A stretch of DNA of 64,000 nucleotides. Origin: Saprolegnia diclina VS20. Lineage: Eukaryota. Within the stretch, counting starts at the first letter, position 1. Each line of letters opens with the position of its first letter. The position numbers and the translations under genes are program-made. Shown here piece by piece: positions 23,080 to 33,983 of this stretch. The stretch lies in NCBI RefSeq assembly GCF_000281045.1, contig NW_008246077.1, positions 900,137 to 964,136 on the forward strand, written 5' to 3'. A model generated the notes under the pieces. The model was given only the letters and a program-made list of their open reading frames with translations, was not told where the DNA came from and searched no databases.

Positions 23080-24552
23080 CTAGTTCTTGGAGAAGTATTC
23101 GCAGACCTGGTCCATGACGAGCCACTGGATACCGTACGAGGGGCAGAGACGCGTGAGGCGCGGGACGAGGCCCTTGTAGAGCGCCGAGAAGCCTTCCTCC
23201 CGCGAGATGATGCGCATGGCGTCGATCATGCCGCTGTACTTGGGCGTCGTGCCCTTGGCGTTGTCCTGTGCCATGAGACGCGTCTTGACGACGTCCATGG
23301 GGCAGTTGATACACGGACCCGGGATCGCGCCGAGCATACCCGTGAGCATGCTCTTCCACGGCGAGAGGCTCTCGCCTTCGTTGAGGTTCCACACGTGCTT
23401 CTTGATCGCCGTGTTGGACCAGAAGGAGCACGCCTGGTTGAGACCCTGGCGACCGATCGTCGGCGCGCAGCCCTTCCAAAGCGCGAACGGACCTTCGTTC
23501 TTGATGATGGTCATCGTCGTCTGGAGCGGCCCGCGGTACTTGGGGATTTCGCCGGCGACGACGTTCTGGCCTTGGAGACGCGTCTTGACGACTTCGAACG
23601 GCGTCACAATGAGGACGGCTTCGGTCGCACCGGCAAGCGCACCCGCGATGAACTCGTTAAAGCCGCTCACTTGGCCGTTCTGGTCGGCGAGGAGCTTGCG
23701 GTAGATCGCGTTGAAGTAGAAGCGCGTGCCGTTCTTGGCGACGACGTGGATCGTCCAGGGCGTGAAGCCCTTATAGAGGGCCTTGGGGCCTTCCGCACGC
23801 CAGAGCTGCTTGCCGCAGTCGACCATGCCCTTGTACTGGCCCGTCTTGTCGAGCTGGAGACGCGTCTTGGCGACATCGAGCGGCGTCAGAATGACGGCTT
23901 CAATCACACCCGACATGGCACCGGCGCAAAACTTGATCGTCGGCGACACCTTCTTGGGCGCATCGCTCTGCGTCGAGATCGGCGCGCGGAGACCGCCCTC
24001 GCCGACCTCCACGCTGGCCTTCCACCACTGCTTGGAGAACTCGCGGACATCCGGGTCCCACATGAGCGCCTCCAAGTTGGGGTTGGCGACCATCGTCGCG
24101 CGCATGAGAAGATACAGGTGCTTGAAGTCGTCTTCGGTGATCTTGGTGGCGTCCTTGGGGTGGAGCTCCTTGATCATCGTCGTCGCCTCGGCCATCGTGA
24201 CTTGGATGCCCATCTTGACCATGGCCTCCTGGAGCGCGGCTTCGTCCAGGAACCCCTTCTTCTGCACGTCGAACGACTGGAAGATCTGGTGGATAAAGCT
24301 CTCGTGGACAGCGTGGAAGTCGGCGAAGGTCACTTTGCCAGCGTGGCGCGTATCGAGCTTCGCGACGAGCGCGGCCGCCTCGTCGGCCGAGAGGCGGACG
24401 CCGGCCTTCTTGAGGCCCTCGGCAATGTCGGTCGTGGCGACGACGCCCGAGCCATGCACGTCGACCTTGGCGAAGGCTTCCTTGAGGAGGTTGTCGACCG
24501 TGAGGCGCGAGTCGCGGCGCAGGAGGGTCACGGGGCGCGAGCTGTCGGCCAT
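23080..24552 (-). CDS. Mitochondrial carrier (SFC1 succinate/fumarate-like) with N-terminal EF-hand domain, intronless
   Basis: EF-hand-like DVHGSGVVATTDI, DTRHAGKVTFADF, DVQKKGFLDEAAL; three PX[DE]XX[KR]X[RK] repeats (PLDVAKTR, PFEVVKTR, PMDVVKTR). Confidence 0.9.
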   Translation of the reverse strand: MADSSRPVTLLRRDSRLTVDNLLKEAFAKVDVHGSGVVATTDIAEGLKKAGVRLSADEAAALVAKLDTRHAGKVTFADFHAVHESFIHQIFQSFDVQKKGFLDEAALQEAMVKMGIQVTMAEATTMIKELHPKDATKITEDDFKHLYLLMRATMVANPNLEALMWDPDVREFSKQWWKASVEVGEGGLRAPISTQSDAPKKVSPTIKFCAGAMSGVIEAVILTPLDVAKTRLQLDKTGQYKGMVDCGKQLWRAEGPKALYKGFTPWTIHVVAKNGTRFYFNAIYRKLLADQNGQVSGFNEFIAGALAGATEAVLIVTPFEVVKTRLQGQNVVAGEIPKYRGPLQTTMTIIKNEGPFALWKGCAPTIGRQGLNQACSFWSNTAIKKHVWNLNEGESLSPWKSMLTGMLGAIPGPCINCPMDVVKTRLMAQDNAKGTTPKYSGMIDAMRIISREEGFSALYKGLVPRLTRLCPSYGIQWLVMDQVCEYFSKN

Positions 24553-24556
24553 GGTG

Positions 24557-24850
24557 CAAGTTGCAAAGTGAGGACTTCCGCCAAGGATGTGGAAACCTCC
24601 AATCACACGTGACGGGGCGGCCGGCTTACGAAACCACGCGCCTACGTACATCAAGATCAAATGTACGTACACGTACGTACAGGGTACAGGCCGTACGTGG
24701 ATCGATGACACGCCCTTGTCAAGTCGCAAAGAGCTGATCGGATTGGACGAGAGCATAAGCACGGACCAATGAGACACGAGCAAGCCAATCAAACGCAGTC
24801 GTGGCAGCCCCGTGGCCCTGTACCGTCCGCCGCCGACAAAGCGACGGCGA
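24557..24850. promoter_or_regulatory. Probable bidirectional promoter with INR/FPR, CCAAT boxes and GTACGT repeats
   Basis: Minus-strand CCTCACTTTGCAACTTG at 24557-24573; CCAAT/ATTGG near 24599, 24743, 24766 and 24785; clustered GTAC(GT) at 24645-24698; lies between divergent genes. Confidence 0.5.
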
Positions 24851-27648
24851 ATGTACCCATCTCGGTCGGCAACTGCAACCACAAGGCAGCCAGAACCGCT
24901 CTCGCCCGGCGACGACGACGACGACATCGCCCTGGACTCTGACACCCACTCGTCACCTCAAAGCGCCCGGCTTCTTGTCCTTGGAATCCTCGGTGCTGCC
25001 GTTCACCATTCGATGACTGCAGGTCAAAGCGGCCTCGCGACGACGCATTGGGTCATCGAACCAGCCTTCCCACCCATGCCTATCACTCTGGACGACACGG
25101 AGCGAGTGCTCTTGGACGCGAACGAAGTACAGCGACGACGATGACAAGCCGGCGGGATCGAGGATGGCTGTCCCTTGGTGTCCCTTGCTAAAATGGGGAG
25201 GCAAGACGCAGCACTGAGATGAGGCGATGATGGGGCGATGACGCAGTCTGTCGGCCGGTTGAGTTGGGCATAGTATCCGGATGACCAATCGAATGGCAGC
25301 ATTCGCCCACGAGCATGCTGCAACGATGGACCGCGATCCGGCCCAAGCTGCGTACGACGCGTCCTGGCCTTGCATGCGCGCTGACCTTGGGCGTGGCTAG
25401 GCTATGGGCTAGCGACTGCAGCATTGGGCGCCAGTGTCGCTGCAGGCGTTGCGCTTGAAAATGACAATGCGAGCGAGCTCCACTTGCTGCGACGCTACTT
25501 GGCGGCGAAGCGCGAGAACTACCATGCATCCCTGAATGTATTCCGCGATACGCTTGGGATAGGAGCTGTAAGCCACAGTGCTAGGACGAGGAGAAGGCCC
25601 TCGATGGCACGTGGCTCATGAAGGCGACACCGAGCTTCCCGCACGTCGTCGTCGTGTCGCCGCAAGACCATGCGACGACCGTCACCTCCATGTAGTACAC
25701 GGACATACGCTCGATGGCAAACGATAGACGTACTGTAGGCTCCTGCGTGGTGGCATCGAAGTGCCTCTCGGTAGAGAATGATGACGCGTATGTACCACCT
25801 CACGTCATGACATGCTAGGCGACGTCGTCTCCTTCTCGTCGTCACTGCGATCGCCACCGATCGAGAGCGTGCGCTCGCTCTGGGTGCGCTTTTTGCGCAA
25901 AGTGCGCGCGTGCCAGTTCTACTTGGAGTCTGGTTTGCGGAGCGATCTGTACGACGCCCGGTGCGTCCCCAGATTCTCCTCCAGATCCAGATATTCAGAC
26001 TCGAACAACTTTGCGTGTTGCGTACTAGTAGGCTCCTGCAATACGAGCTCGATCTGCTGACGCAGGCGCTTCAGCAGGAGTCGCGTGCTGACGACGACGA
26101 CGCACTTGTCTACATTTTGGCGCCACGCGAAGCGTTGACAGAGTGCTCGACCGATCGCCGGGCGCTGTACCAAACGTGGGGCCAAGCACTCACGTCGCAG
26201 CAGCTCGGTACGCTCATGCCGCCTCGCATCGCGTCACGGCAGCATTAGCACACGTGGTGTGGACGGCCCCGACATGCGCCGCGATCACCGAGTTTGTCGT
26301 TGCGAAGCGCGAGAGCAGCGACATTTGCTTGCTTGTGCGTCCGCAGAGCGCGTGGTGCGTCGTCTCCACAGCACCTTACCTCTTCGCTCATGCTACCTCT
26401 CGTACAGTGTGGATGCGTCGTCTGCCGAGGAAAAGCTGGCGATGCTCGCGGTTCGGCCTCGTATGGCTGCTCTGCTTGCTCTTGACGCAGTGGCTAGGCG
26501 CACTACGACCTCGTGCTTTCCCCCGATGACGTCGACCGCATCACTGCCCTTGGTAGATCTTGTGTCATGACACATTCGTGACGGGGCTCAATCTACACTG
26601 TAGTGGGCAACTGGTGGACCGACTTGGAGGACATCTGTGCGTCCGTGGCCGCAAGTCGGACAGATGACGACATGAGCGTCATTGTCGACGATGTCTGCAC
26701 GGTGTTCGAGGCGACGCTTGTCGCCGCACTCAAAACGTACTTGCGCCTACCCGATGACGTGGCGAGCTGTGCGGCCTTGGGTCGCACCGCCCAGATCGAG
26801 CTTCTCGAAAAGTGGCATGCGTTCGAGGCAGCCTGCGGCCTCAGCAACGAGAGCGCGCAGGTGCTGGCAAATGCGCAAGCGCTCATCAAGCCCAAGGGCT
26901 CGTCGCCATTGCCGGACGGTACCCCGCCATTCAACATCGTCATCGATACAGCGCCACTTGTAGTGCGGCTAGTGCTCGCGGCGTTTGCAGCCAGCGGCGT
27001 CACGGGCGAGCGGCGGTTCTGGGATCTCTTCGCCTCTAACTGGGTCCAGCTCGAGCCAAACGTACGCCATGATGATGTAACCCGTGTCCCAAGTCCTCGT
27101 AGAGCGCTGTTGCCGTCGGCGTTGTGCCCTGCGACGCCATCGACATTCTGCGCGGATGCTCGGTCGTCGTACGTCCGTTGCTGCTGCGTCACTTCCGTGC
27201 GCTTTGGGTAGTCTCCTCGATCCATCGCTCGTTGCTGTGAGCTTCATTTAGTCGGACGATGCGACGTGGACTGCGGTGCAGGACCTCCAACACGCCCTCG
27301 ACGCCCAAGAGGTAACACGATTGGCGCCGCTTCTGATGTCTCAGCGTGGACCTAGCTGCGCGACAACGTCCTCAACTACGAGAGCGAAGTCGAGATGGCG
27401 ACGCGGCTCTTCCACAAGAAGCGCGCCGAGTACGAGCTCGCGTGGAGTGCATTTGACGACGCAGAGAAGGCCCAGTACGCGGCCGAGGTACGTGCGTATC
27501 GTACGCCTGACCTCTCATCCAGAGGCGCTAGCTGTACCTTCAGGAGCTTCGGCTGCAAACACAGCGGGAGCACATCCAGCGGCTCAAGACAGTGTACGGG
27601 GTGCCAGCGTAAGCCACTTCGTTGCGGCATAGAGAAGAATGGGTTTGA
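24851..27648 (+). CDS. Multi-exon hypothetical protein with C-terminal coiled coil
   Basis: Successive coding-like segments bounded by GT..AG (e.g. ELHLLRRYLAAKRE, WWTDLEDICA, MATRLFHKKRAEYE, LYLQELRLQTQREHIQRL). No family recognised and ends uncertain. Confidence 0.5.
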
Positions 27649-27780
27649 AAAATACACGACAACTACGGGCTCCGTCGTTCGTTGTCCTCTACCGCCGGCC
27701 TAGAGGAGAGCACATTTGGATCGAGACGATGGTGACAAGCACGACCACCCTGCCGCGACGACTCCACGTCGCAGCAGAGC

Positions 27781-29581
27781 TTACGAGGCAAAAGTGCTAC
27801 CTTGGGGAGGACCGTCCATGACGCCGCGCGGAAGCATGCCCGGCGGGCCTTGTTGTTGCTGCTGCTGCGGCGGCGGCGGCATGCCCATGCCCCCCATCGG
27901 CTGGCGGCTCGACGACATCGGGCGCATCATGCTCATTTGCGGCTGGCCGCCCGCGCCACCATTCATGGGCGCCATCATCGGGCCCCCGTTGCTCGGCGGC
28001 TGCTGCGGGTTGTACGGCGCGTTCATTGCGTTGCCCTGGGACGGGTGCTGCATTGGCGGCTGCCCACCTTGCTGTTGGGGCGGCGCATTGCCCGGGGCCG
28101 AGTTGGCGGCCGGCGCTGGCGCCGGCGTGTTCTTGGACGTAAACGACGGCATCGGGGACGTCGTCGGCGGCTCGGACGGACCCGGCGCCGAGTTGGCGCC
28201 CGGCATGCCGGTCGTGGGCTGGCCGGCTTCCCGCGCGCGGAGCAAGTCGAGGCGCTCGCGAATAAACTGCGCGTCGGCACCGAGCTCGGCGGCCTTTTGG
28301 TAGGCGTCCTGGGCGTCGGTCGTCTGGTTGCACGCGTCGTAGAGCGTGCCGACGTTGTACCAGACTTCGCAAATGTTGGGGTTGATGTTGATCGCACGCG
28401 AGTACGCGTCAAGCGCATCGAGGTGCTGGTTGAGCTGGTAAAAGAGCACGCCGAGCGAGCACCACACGTTCGGGTTGGACGGGTCCGAGTTGACGGCGTG
28501 CTTGTACGCGTCGTACGCCTCTTCGTACTCGCGGACTGCCATGTAGCAGCGACCCAAGAGGTACCAGCCCTTGCCATCCTGCGGATCTAGAGCACAAATG
28601 CGTCATAAGGGACACGACAACACAAAAATGCATAAACGTACCGACCGCGACCGCCTTCTTGAGGTACTTGATGGCCTCGACGTGCTGGTTGTGCTTGAGG
28701 CAGAGCCACCCGAGCTGCTGCAGCGGCTTGGCGTTGTTCGGGTTGAGATCGACGACCTTGAGGTACGAACTTTGAGCCAACTGGATCTAGTAGCAACAAG
28801 TGATATAAAAGGGCGGCACGCGATTGGTGGGCGTACCTCCGACTTCATTTCGTAGACGTGGCCGATTTGCGTCCAGACGTCGCTGAGCATGTCGTTCGAC
28901 TGCGCGAGCGAGAGCACCGACTTGAGGCGCTCGACTGCGACGTCAAGGTCGCCGCGTTGCTTGGCGATGATGCCGAGGCGGATGCGCGCTTCCAGCGCCA
29001 TGTTGAAAGGGGGCTCGAAACGAAGGACCGCCTATAGCGCAAGAGATGAGCGTCTTCTCGATAGTACATGGCGCTATAGTACGTCAAAGGATTCTTCGGC
29101 GTGGTCGAGCGCGCCCGAGCGCTCGTAGAGCTGGCCAATGCCAAACCAGAGGGTCGGGTCGCGCTGCGACGCCGGGTTGTTGTACATGGCGTACTGGTAC
29201 GCGGTATGGGCATTGGCGAGGTCGTTCAGCATCATGTAGCAGTAGCCCAAGTGGCCCCACGCGTCCGTGTTGTTGGCGTGCTCGCTGAGCGTGACGAGGC
29301 TGCGGAAGCAGTCGGCGGCCTTGCTAAAGTTCTCGGCCTTCTCGTAGCAGCAGCCGATGCTGTAGAGCGCGCCCGTGTTGAGGCGGTTGTGCGACAGCGC
29401 CTTCTCGTACGAGACGAGCATGTTGTCGTCGTCCCCCATCATCTCGGCGATGCGGGCCAGCGTCATCCACGCGTCTTCGTTGCACTGCGACAGCTGACGG
29501 CTCACCTAGGATGGAGTAAGGCGATGCTTCACATACAGAGCGTCGTCGTACCGAGCTCTCTTCCATCTTCACCGAGGTCAT
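27781..29581 (-). CDS. Cyc8/Ssn6 (TrfA-like) TPR transcriptional corepressor, multi-exon, Q/P/M-rich C-terminus
   Basis: Tandem TPRs: AWGHLGYCYMM, DPTLWFGIGQLYER, GWYLLGRCYM..AYDAY..NPNVWCSLGVLFYQLNQHLDALDAYSRAI..EVWYNVGTLY. Confidence 0.85.
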
Positions 29582-29978
29582 GTCGTCGTTGCCTTGTCTC
29601 GCTCTCTACTGCCGTACTCGAACCACCCGGCGACCACAGGCAAGAAAAATTTGAACTTTGAAATTCCTGCCTTCTTTTCCCACGCTATTTCACACTCACA
29701 CTATTTGGCCAAATCCCACCATCCCCCGCCGGTCCGTGATGGCGCGCGTCGACGCTTTATTACAAACATGCAGCTAAAACCTACATTCTGCCCGCCCCGT
29801 CCACGGCTGGTGTCGCGACACGGTACCACACTATTCGCGACCATGACTGCCGGCCGTGAAAAAACACTATTTGGTGGCCACCAGAGGCGCCGGATATGTC
29901 TATCCGGACGAACCCATCCGGCATACTTGTACAGTATTAATATCACTTGGAGGTTATCCAAACCTCATCTTCCGCAGC

Positions 29979-32075
29979 ATGGCTCCGCGGGTCTGGGTCC
30001 GCATGGAGCTCTTCGAGCATTTTGCTCTGCCATTCGCCCCGCGCTGCTTGGCGCAGCTGACGTCCGCTAGCATCTGCGCGGTCGTCGGCGCCTTGCACGC
30101 GCTCGAGCTCCCGCCGGCGCCAGCCTTGGGCTCCGTCGCCCGACCGATCCCGTCGCCACGGTATCCCGCAGACCATGGCTCATGCGATCGGGTGTAGGTA
30201 CGAAGCGTGGCAGCAGATCGCGACCGAGGTTCTGCAATGGAAGGAGCTCGAATGTCGCTCGTACGTGGTCCCTGCGTCTCGTTGGTGCAGCCATGGACGC
30301 CCACCGTAGGTTTTGGCTCGTCTTGACAACGGCCCACCGCCACATCCGAGTGCCCAGCGAGGACGGCGAAGCGTACGATGCATCGGCCCTCGCCGACGAA
30401 GACTACTACACGAAGGAGTCCATCCCGCTCTTCAAGCTCGTCATCTATCTGTACCTCCACTTGGAGAAGCCATCGAAAGCCAAGCCCAAGACGGCCTTTA
30501 GCGCCGTGTACGAGCGACTGCGCTAGACAATGCCACGAGCATAACGCGCATGTAGGTGGCACCACGACGAAGGCACGCCGCCGCCAAGTCCGCGCACGAC
30601 GCCCAACTCGCCCGGCCCCGCGTCGCCGCACACGATCGGGCTCAAGGACCGGTCCGAGGCGGAGACGCAGTACCTTCACTTTGTCCGAGACCATCTCGAC
30701 ACACTCATCGTGCTCTTGTTCGACGTGCAGCGCGACGGCAACGTGTTTGCTGACATCCTTCTGCGTCCCGAGCAGCTCGACGTTCTCGGCTTCTTGCTCG
30801 CAGGCGGCGACTCGTTCGTGCAGCAGCGCTATTACCTCAGCACCATCTACCCGAAATGGGTCAACGGCAGCCAATACACGAGCAAGCTCGCCAAGTGGCT
30901 AAAGAAGTACCTCACGCTCAACGACGTCTTGTATCCGCCGATTGGGTTTGCCTTGCCGCCGTCGATGCATTTTCAACTCCACGGGTCCTTCGACCTTATG
31001 AACGGCAGCGACATGGACGACTCGGAAGGCGCGATCCACCTCCAGCGGTACGTTCTCAAGGTTGCTAAGATGCGGTGTATAGGACTGCGTAGACCGCTCG
31101 TGCTGAGCAACGTGGCCAAGTCGACCGTCATCAAACGCGCCGACGAGATGACGCCGCGCTCGGACGTGACGATCTTTGCCTGCCACGACGCGTTCGTTTA
31201 CATTTTGGGTCCCGTGCGATATCCTTTTTGTCTTTTTGGGTATGGGCAAGTTGTCTTCTCGACTGTTTTCTTGACGAGAGAGCTACGCACGTGTCGATCG
31301 TGGCGTGTGCCAACTGCAAGATCGTGCTCGTCCCGAACCACGGCGTGCTCTCGATCGACCGCTGCGAGAGCGTCAAAGTCACGGGCGTCGCCGCACTGCT
31401 TCGCGTCCAGTACGACGTTTGTCATCGTGGCGAGGATGACGAAAAGACTCTGTGTAGCAACTGCTTGGATTCGACCTTCAACGTGTTTACGCCCCGACGC
31501 GGCCTCTTCTCGGGCGACAACCGTGGCCTTCTGGTTGGCCCATACAACTGCAGCTACCCGATGCTCGCGCACCACTTGAGCGCGAGTGAGTTTGCATTCG
31601 TGCCGCACACCGCGGGCATGTGGGACAAGTTCCTCAACCTCGCGTCGCCGGGTAGAGACGACGATCCTGCTTGGTGCCTCATGCAGGCTTAGAGGACGCC
31701 CATGAGAAGGACGCCATCGTGCTGCAATCGCCGAGTCAGTTTATCGACGTGTGCATTCCCGTCAAGATGGAACTCTCGACGCTCGCGTCCACAAGCAAGG
31801 TAGAGATGCAGATGCAAAACACTCTGCATCGAATCAACTCGTAGGCGCCGCCGTTGGCGCTGCCACCACCATTCGAGGCCGTCGTGCAGCAACTGCACGC
31901 CAACGTCGAGAGTCTCCGGGTCCTCCTCGCCCAAGACGACCTCGAGAGCGCTGGGAAGCGCGCGTTGGAGCAGGCGGTCCAAGCCAAGTTCAAGGAGTGG
32001 CTCACGTCGTCGGGCCATGCGCGCGAAGTCCTCGACCTCGTCCAGCTCGAGAAAGCGCGCGCCCACAGCATGTGA
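29979..32075 (+). CDS. TBCCD1: TBCC domain-containing protein 1-like, multi-exon
   Basis: N-terminal VWVRMELFEH; C-CAP/TBCC beta-helix (IFACHDAFVYILGP, IDRCESVKVT, GDNRGLLVGPYNCSY); C-terminal VQAKFKEWL. Confidence 0.75.
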
Positions 32076-32105
32076 AAGCATCGGAGCAAAATCATAGTTT
32101 CGATC

Positions 32106-33983
32106 TTACGCTGTGTTTGGAAAACACGGGAACGACCGAAGGTTGGGCACCGCATCGAGCACCGCAATCGCCTTGAGAAAGACGCTGTTGGGCGTGAGCC
32201 AGTCGTCGAGGACGAGGCCTTCGGTGAACGTCCCGGCCGTCCAGCCGGGGTTGTACTGATACGCAGACTCGGGGTTGATCGACCACATGAACCCGCCGGC
32301 ATAGTTTTCCTCGAGCATGACGGCCATGAGAAAGTCCGTCGCGCGCTGCGTCGTCTTGAGCGGGTGGGCGTCTTTGGCGTACAGTCCCGCAAACTCGCCG
32401 AGGACGACGGCCTCCTTTTGCTTGGCGTTCAAGTAGCCAAACATGTCGTACGCCGTCGCCTGAATACGGGCTTTCAGCGTCGCGTCGTCGAGCTCGGTGA
32501 AGCTCGGGCCGTAGAAATACGCCTGAGGCGAGACCGCCGGCGTGTAATAATGCGGTGCGTACACAACCTTGTTGGCCGTCGTGAGCGCCACTGGGCGACC
32601 ACCCGCCTCTTGGAGCCCGCCGCCCCACCAGTCGAAATACGAAATCGTCGACCCGTTGAGCGCCACCGTATGCGCGCTGTTGACGCCCTCGACAAAGAGG
32701 AGCCAGTTGGGACACCCATTGAGCATTTGCGTGCCAATGGTTTCGGCGCCGGACGCAAAGTCGGCCCATGTCGATGTGTGCGGTTCGTTCTTAGCGTCGA
32801 GCCCCATGACGTTCCAGTACGTGGCCGAGCAGAGGTTGGTCGTGAGGATCTTGACCGCTTTGAGAAAGTCGGCTTTGGAAATGCCGAGGCTCTCATCGTA
32901 CCACGTGCCGCCCGAGTTGGTCGTTGTGAGTGTGTGCAGCGAGATGAGGACGCCAATGTTGCGGTACGCGAGCACCTTGATAATCGACTGAACCGTGCTC
33001 ATGTACGTTGAGGTGTCGAGCGCTCGGTTGAGCGCCTTGTTGACGAGCCCGCTGATCGGTGGCGTGTTTTTGAGGAGGCTCGTGATGCACACTGGGAGGC
33101 GCACGGCGTTGAACTTGTGTTCTTGCATAAACTGCGCAATGACATACTAGACAGATGGAGAATAATGCTGCCGCCATTTTTCGAGTACGGCGTACCGCGG
33201 TCGTGCCGTTTTGGCTGTTGGCCCACAGTCCGAGCGGCACGTTGACGCCTGTCTCCATGCCAAACCTGCCCACGTGGTAGAATGGAATCGTTGCACTAAA
33301 GGGTGCGGGACACGTCGTACCAGTTGAGGCCTTTGAGTCCGACCGCGACTTCAGTGCCGTTGGCACTCGTGCTGTAGATCTTGCCGTTCTTGCTGAGGTA
33401 ATTGGGAAGCTCGCAGTCTACGCCAACCGACAATTGAGCGACTTTGATCGGATGAATACCGACGTACTTGTCGTCGAGTATGTCATGGGGTTGCCCACTT
33501 GACCGTCGGCAGCATCCGTGTCGGCGGTTCCCGAAACGAGGTTGCCAGAGTGGTTCTTGAAGAGCCTGTTGGTGGCGATCAGGACGCGTTCCTTCGCCGC
33601 GTCGCGCGCGTCACGGGCCTCAAAGACGATGCCAACGACTGAGCCCGCTACGATGCAGAACAAGAGCAGGATCCCCGGCCATGTCTACGTCCGTCATATC
33701 ATCCGAGCATGGTGCTGCATGTGCGTACTCGAATGCGGCCCTTGTAATCGCGCTTTGACTCGGGCTGCGTCACGTCACTTTCCACAGGCACAATGACGCG
33801 GAACTCGGACGCGCGGGAAAAGTCGCCCGACGCCGACGTGCGCAGACACTTCTCGCTCTCACGCACGCTTTCGCGCCAGAGGTCCATGCTCTCGCGGTGC
33901 TGGAGGTCGTACCCGGACGAGTGGCGGGCGTTGCGCTCCGAGGGCCGACTGATCTCGGCGTCCGAGAGACGGTTGTACTCCAT
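32106..33983 (-). CDS. GH5 endo-glucanase (Cel5A-like), type II membrane-anchored, multi-exon
   Basis: Cytosolic N-terminus and TM; NWFGMET, FNAVRLP, KNEP (acid/base), YAPHYY, LGEFAG (nucleophile), WSINPES. Confidence 0.9.

Noticed and set aside
24553..24945. N-terminal ORF extensions in the track (carrier, BT1, surface protein)
   Set aside because: They start at GTG/TTG codons and run through INR/FPR promoter motifs; the downstream ATGs fit better.
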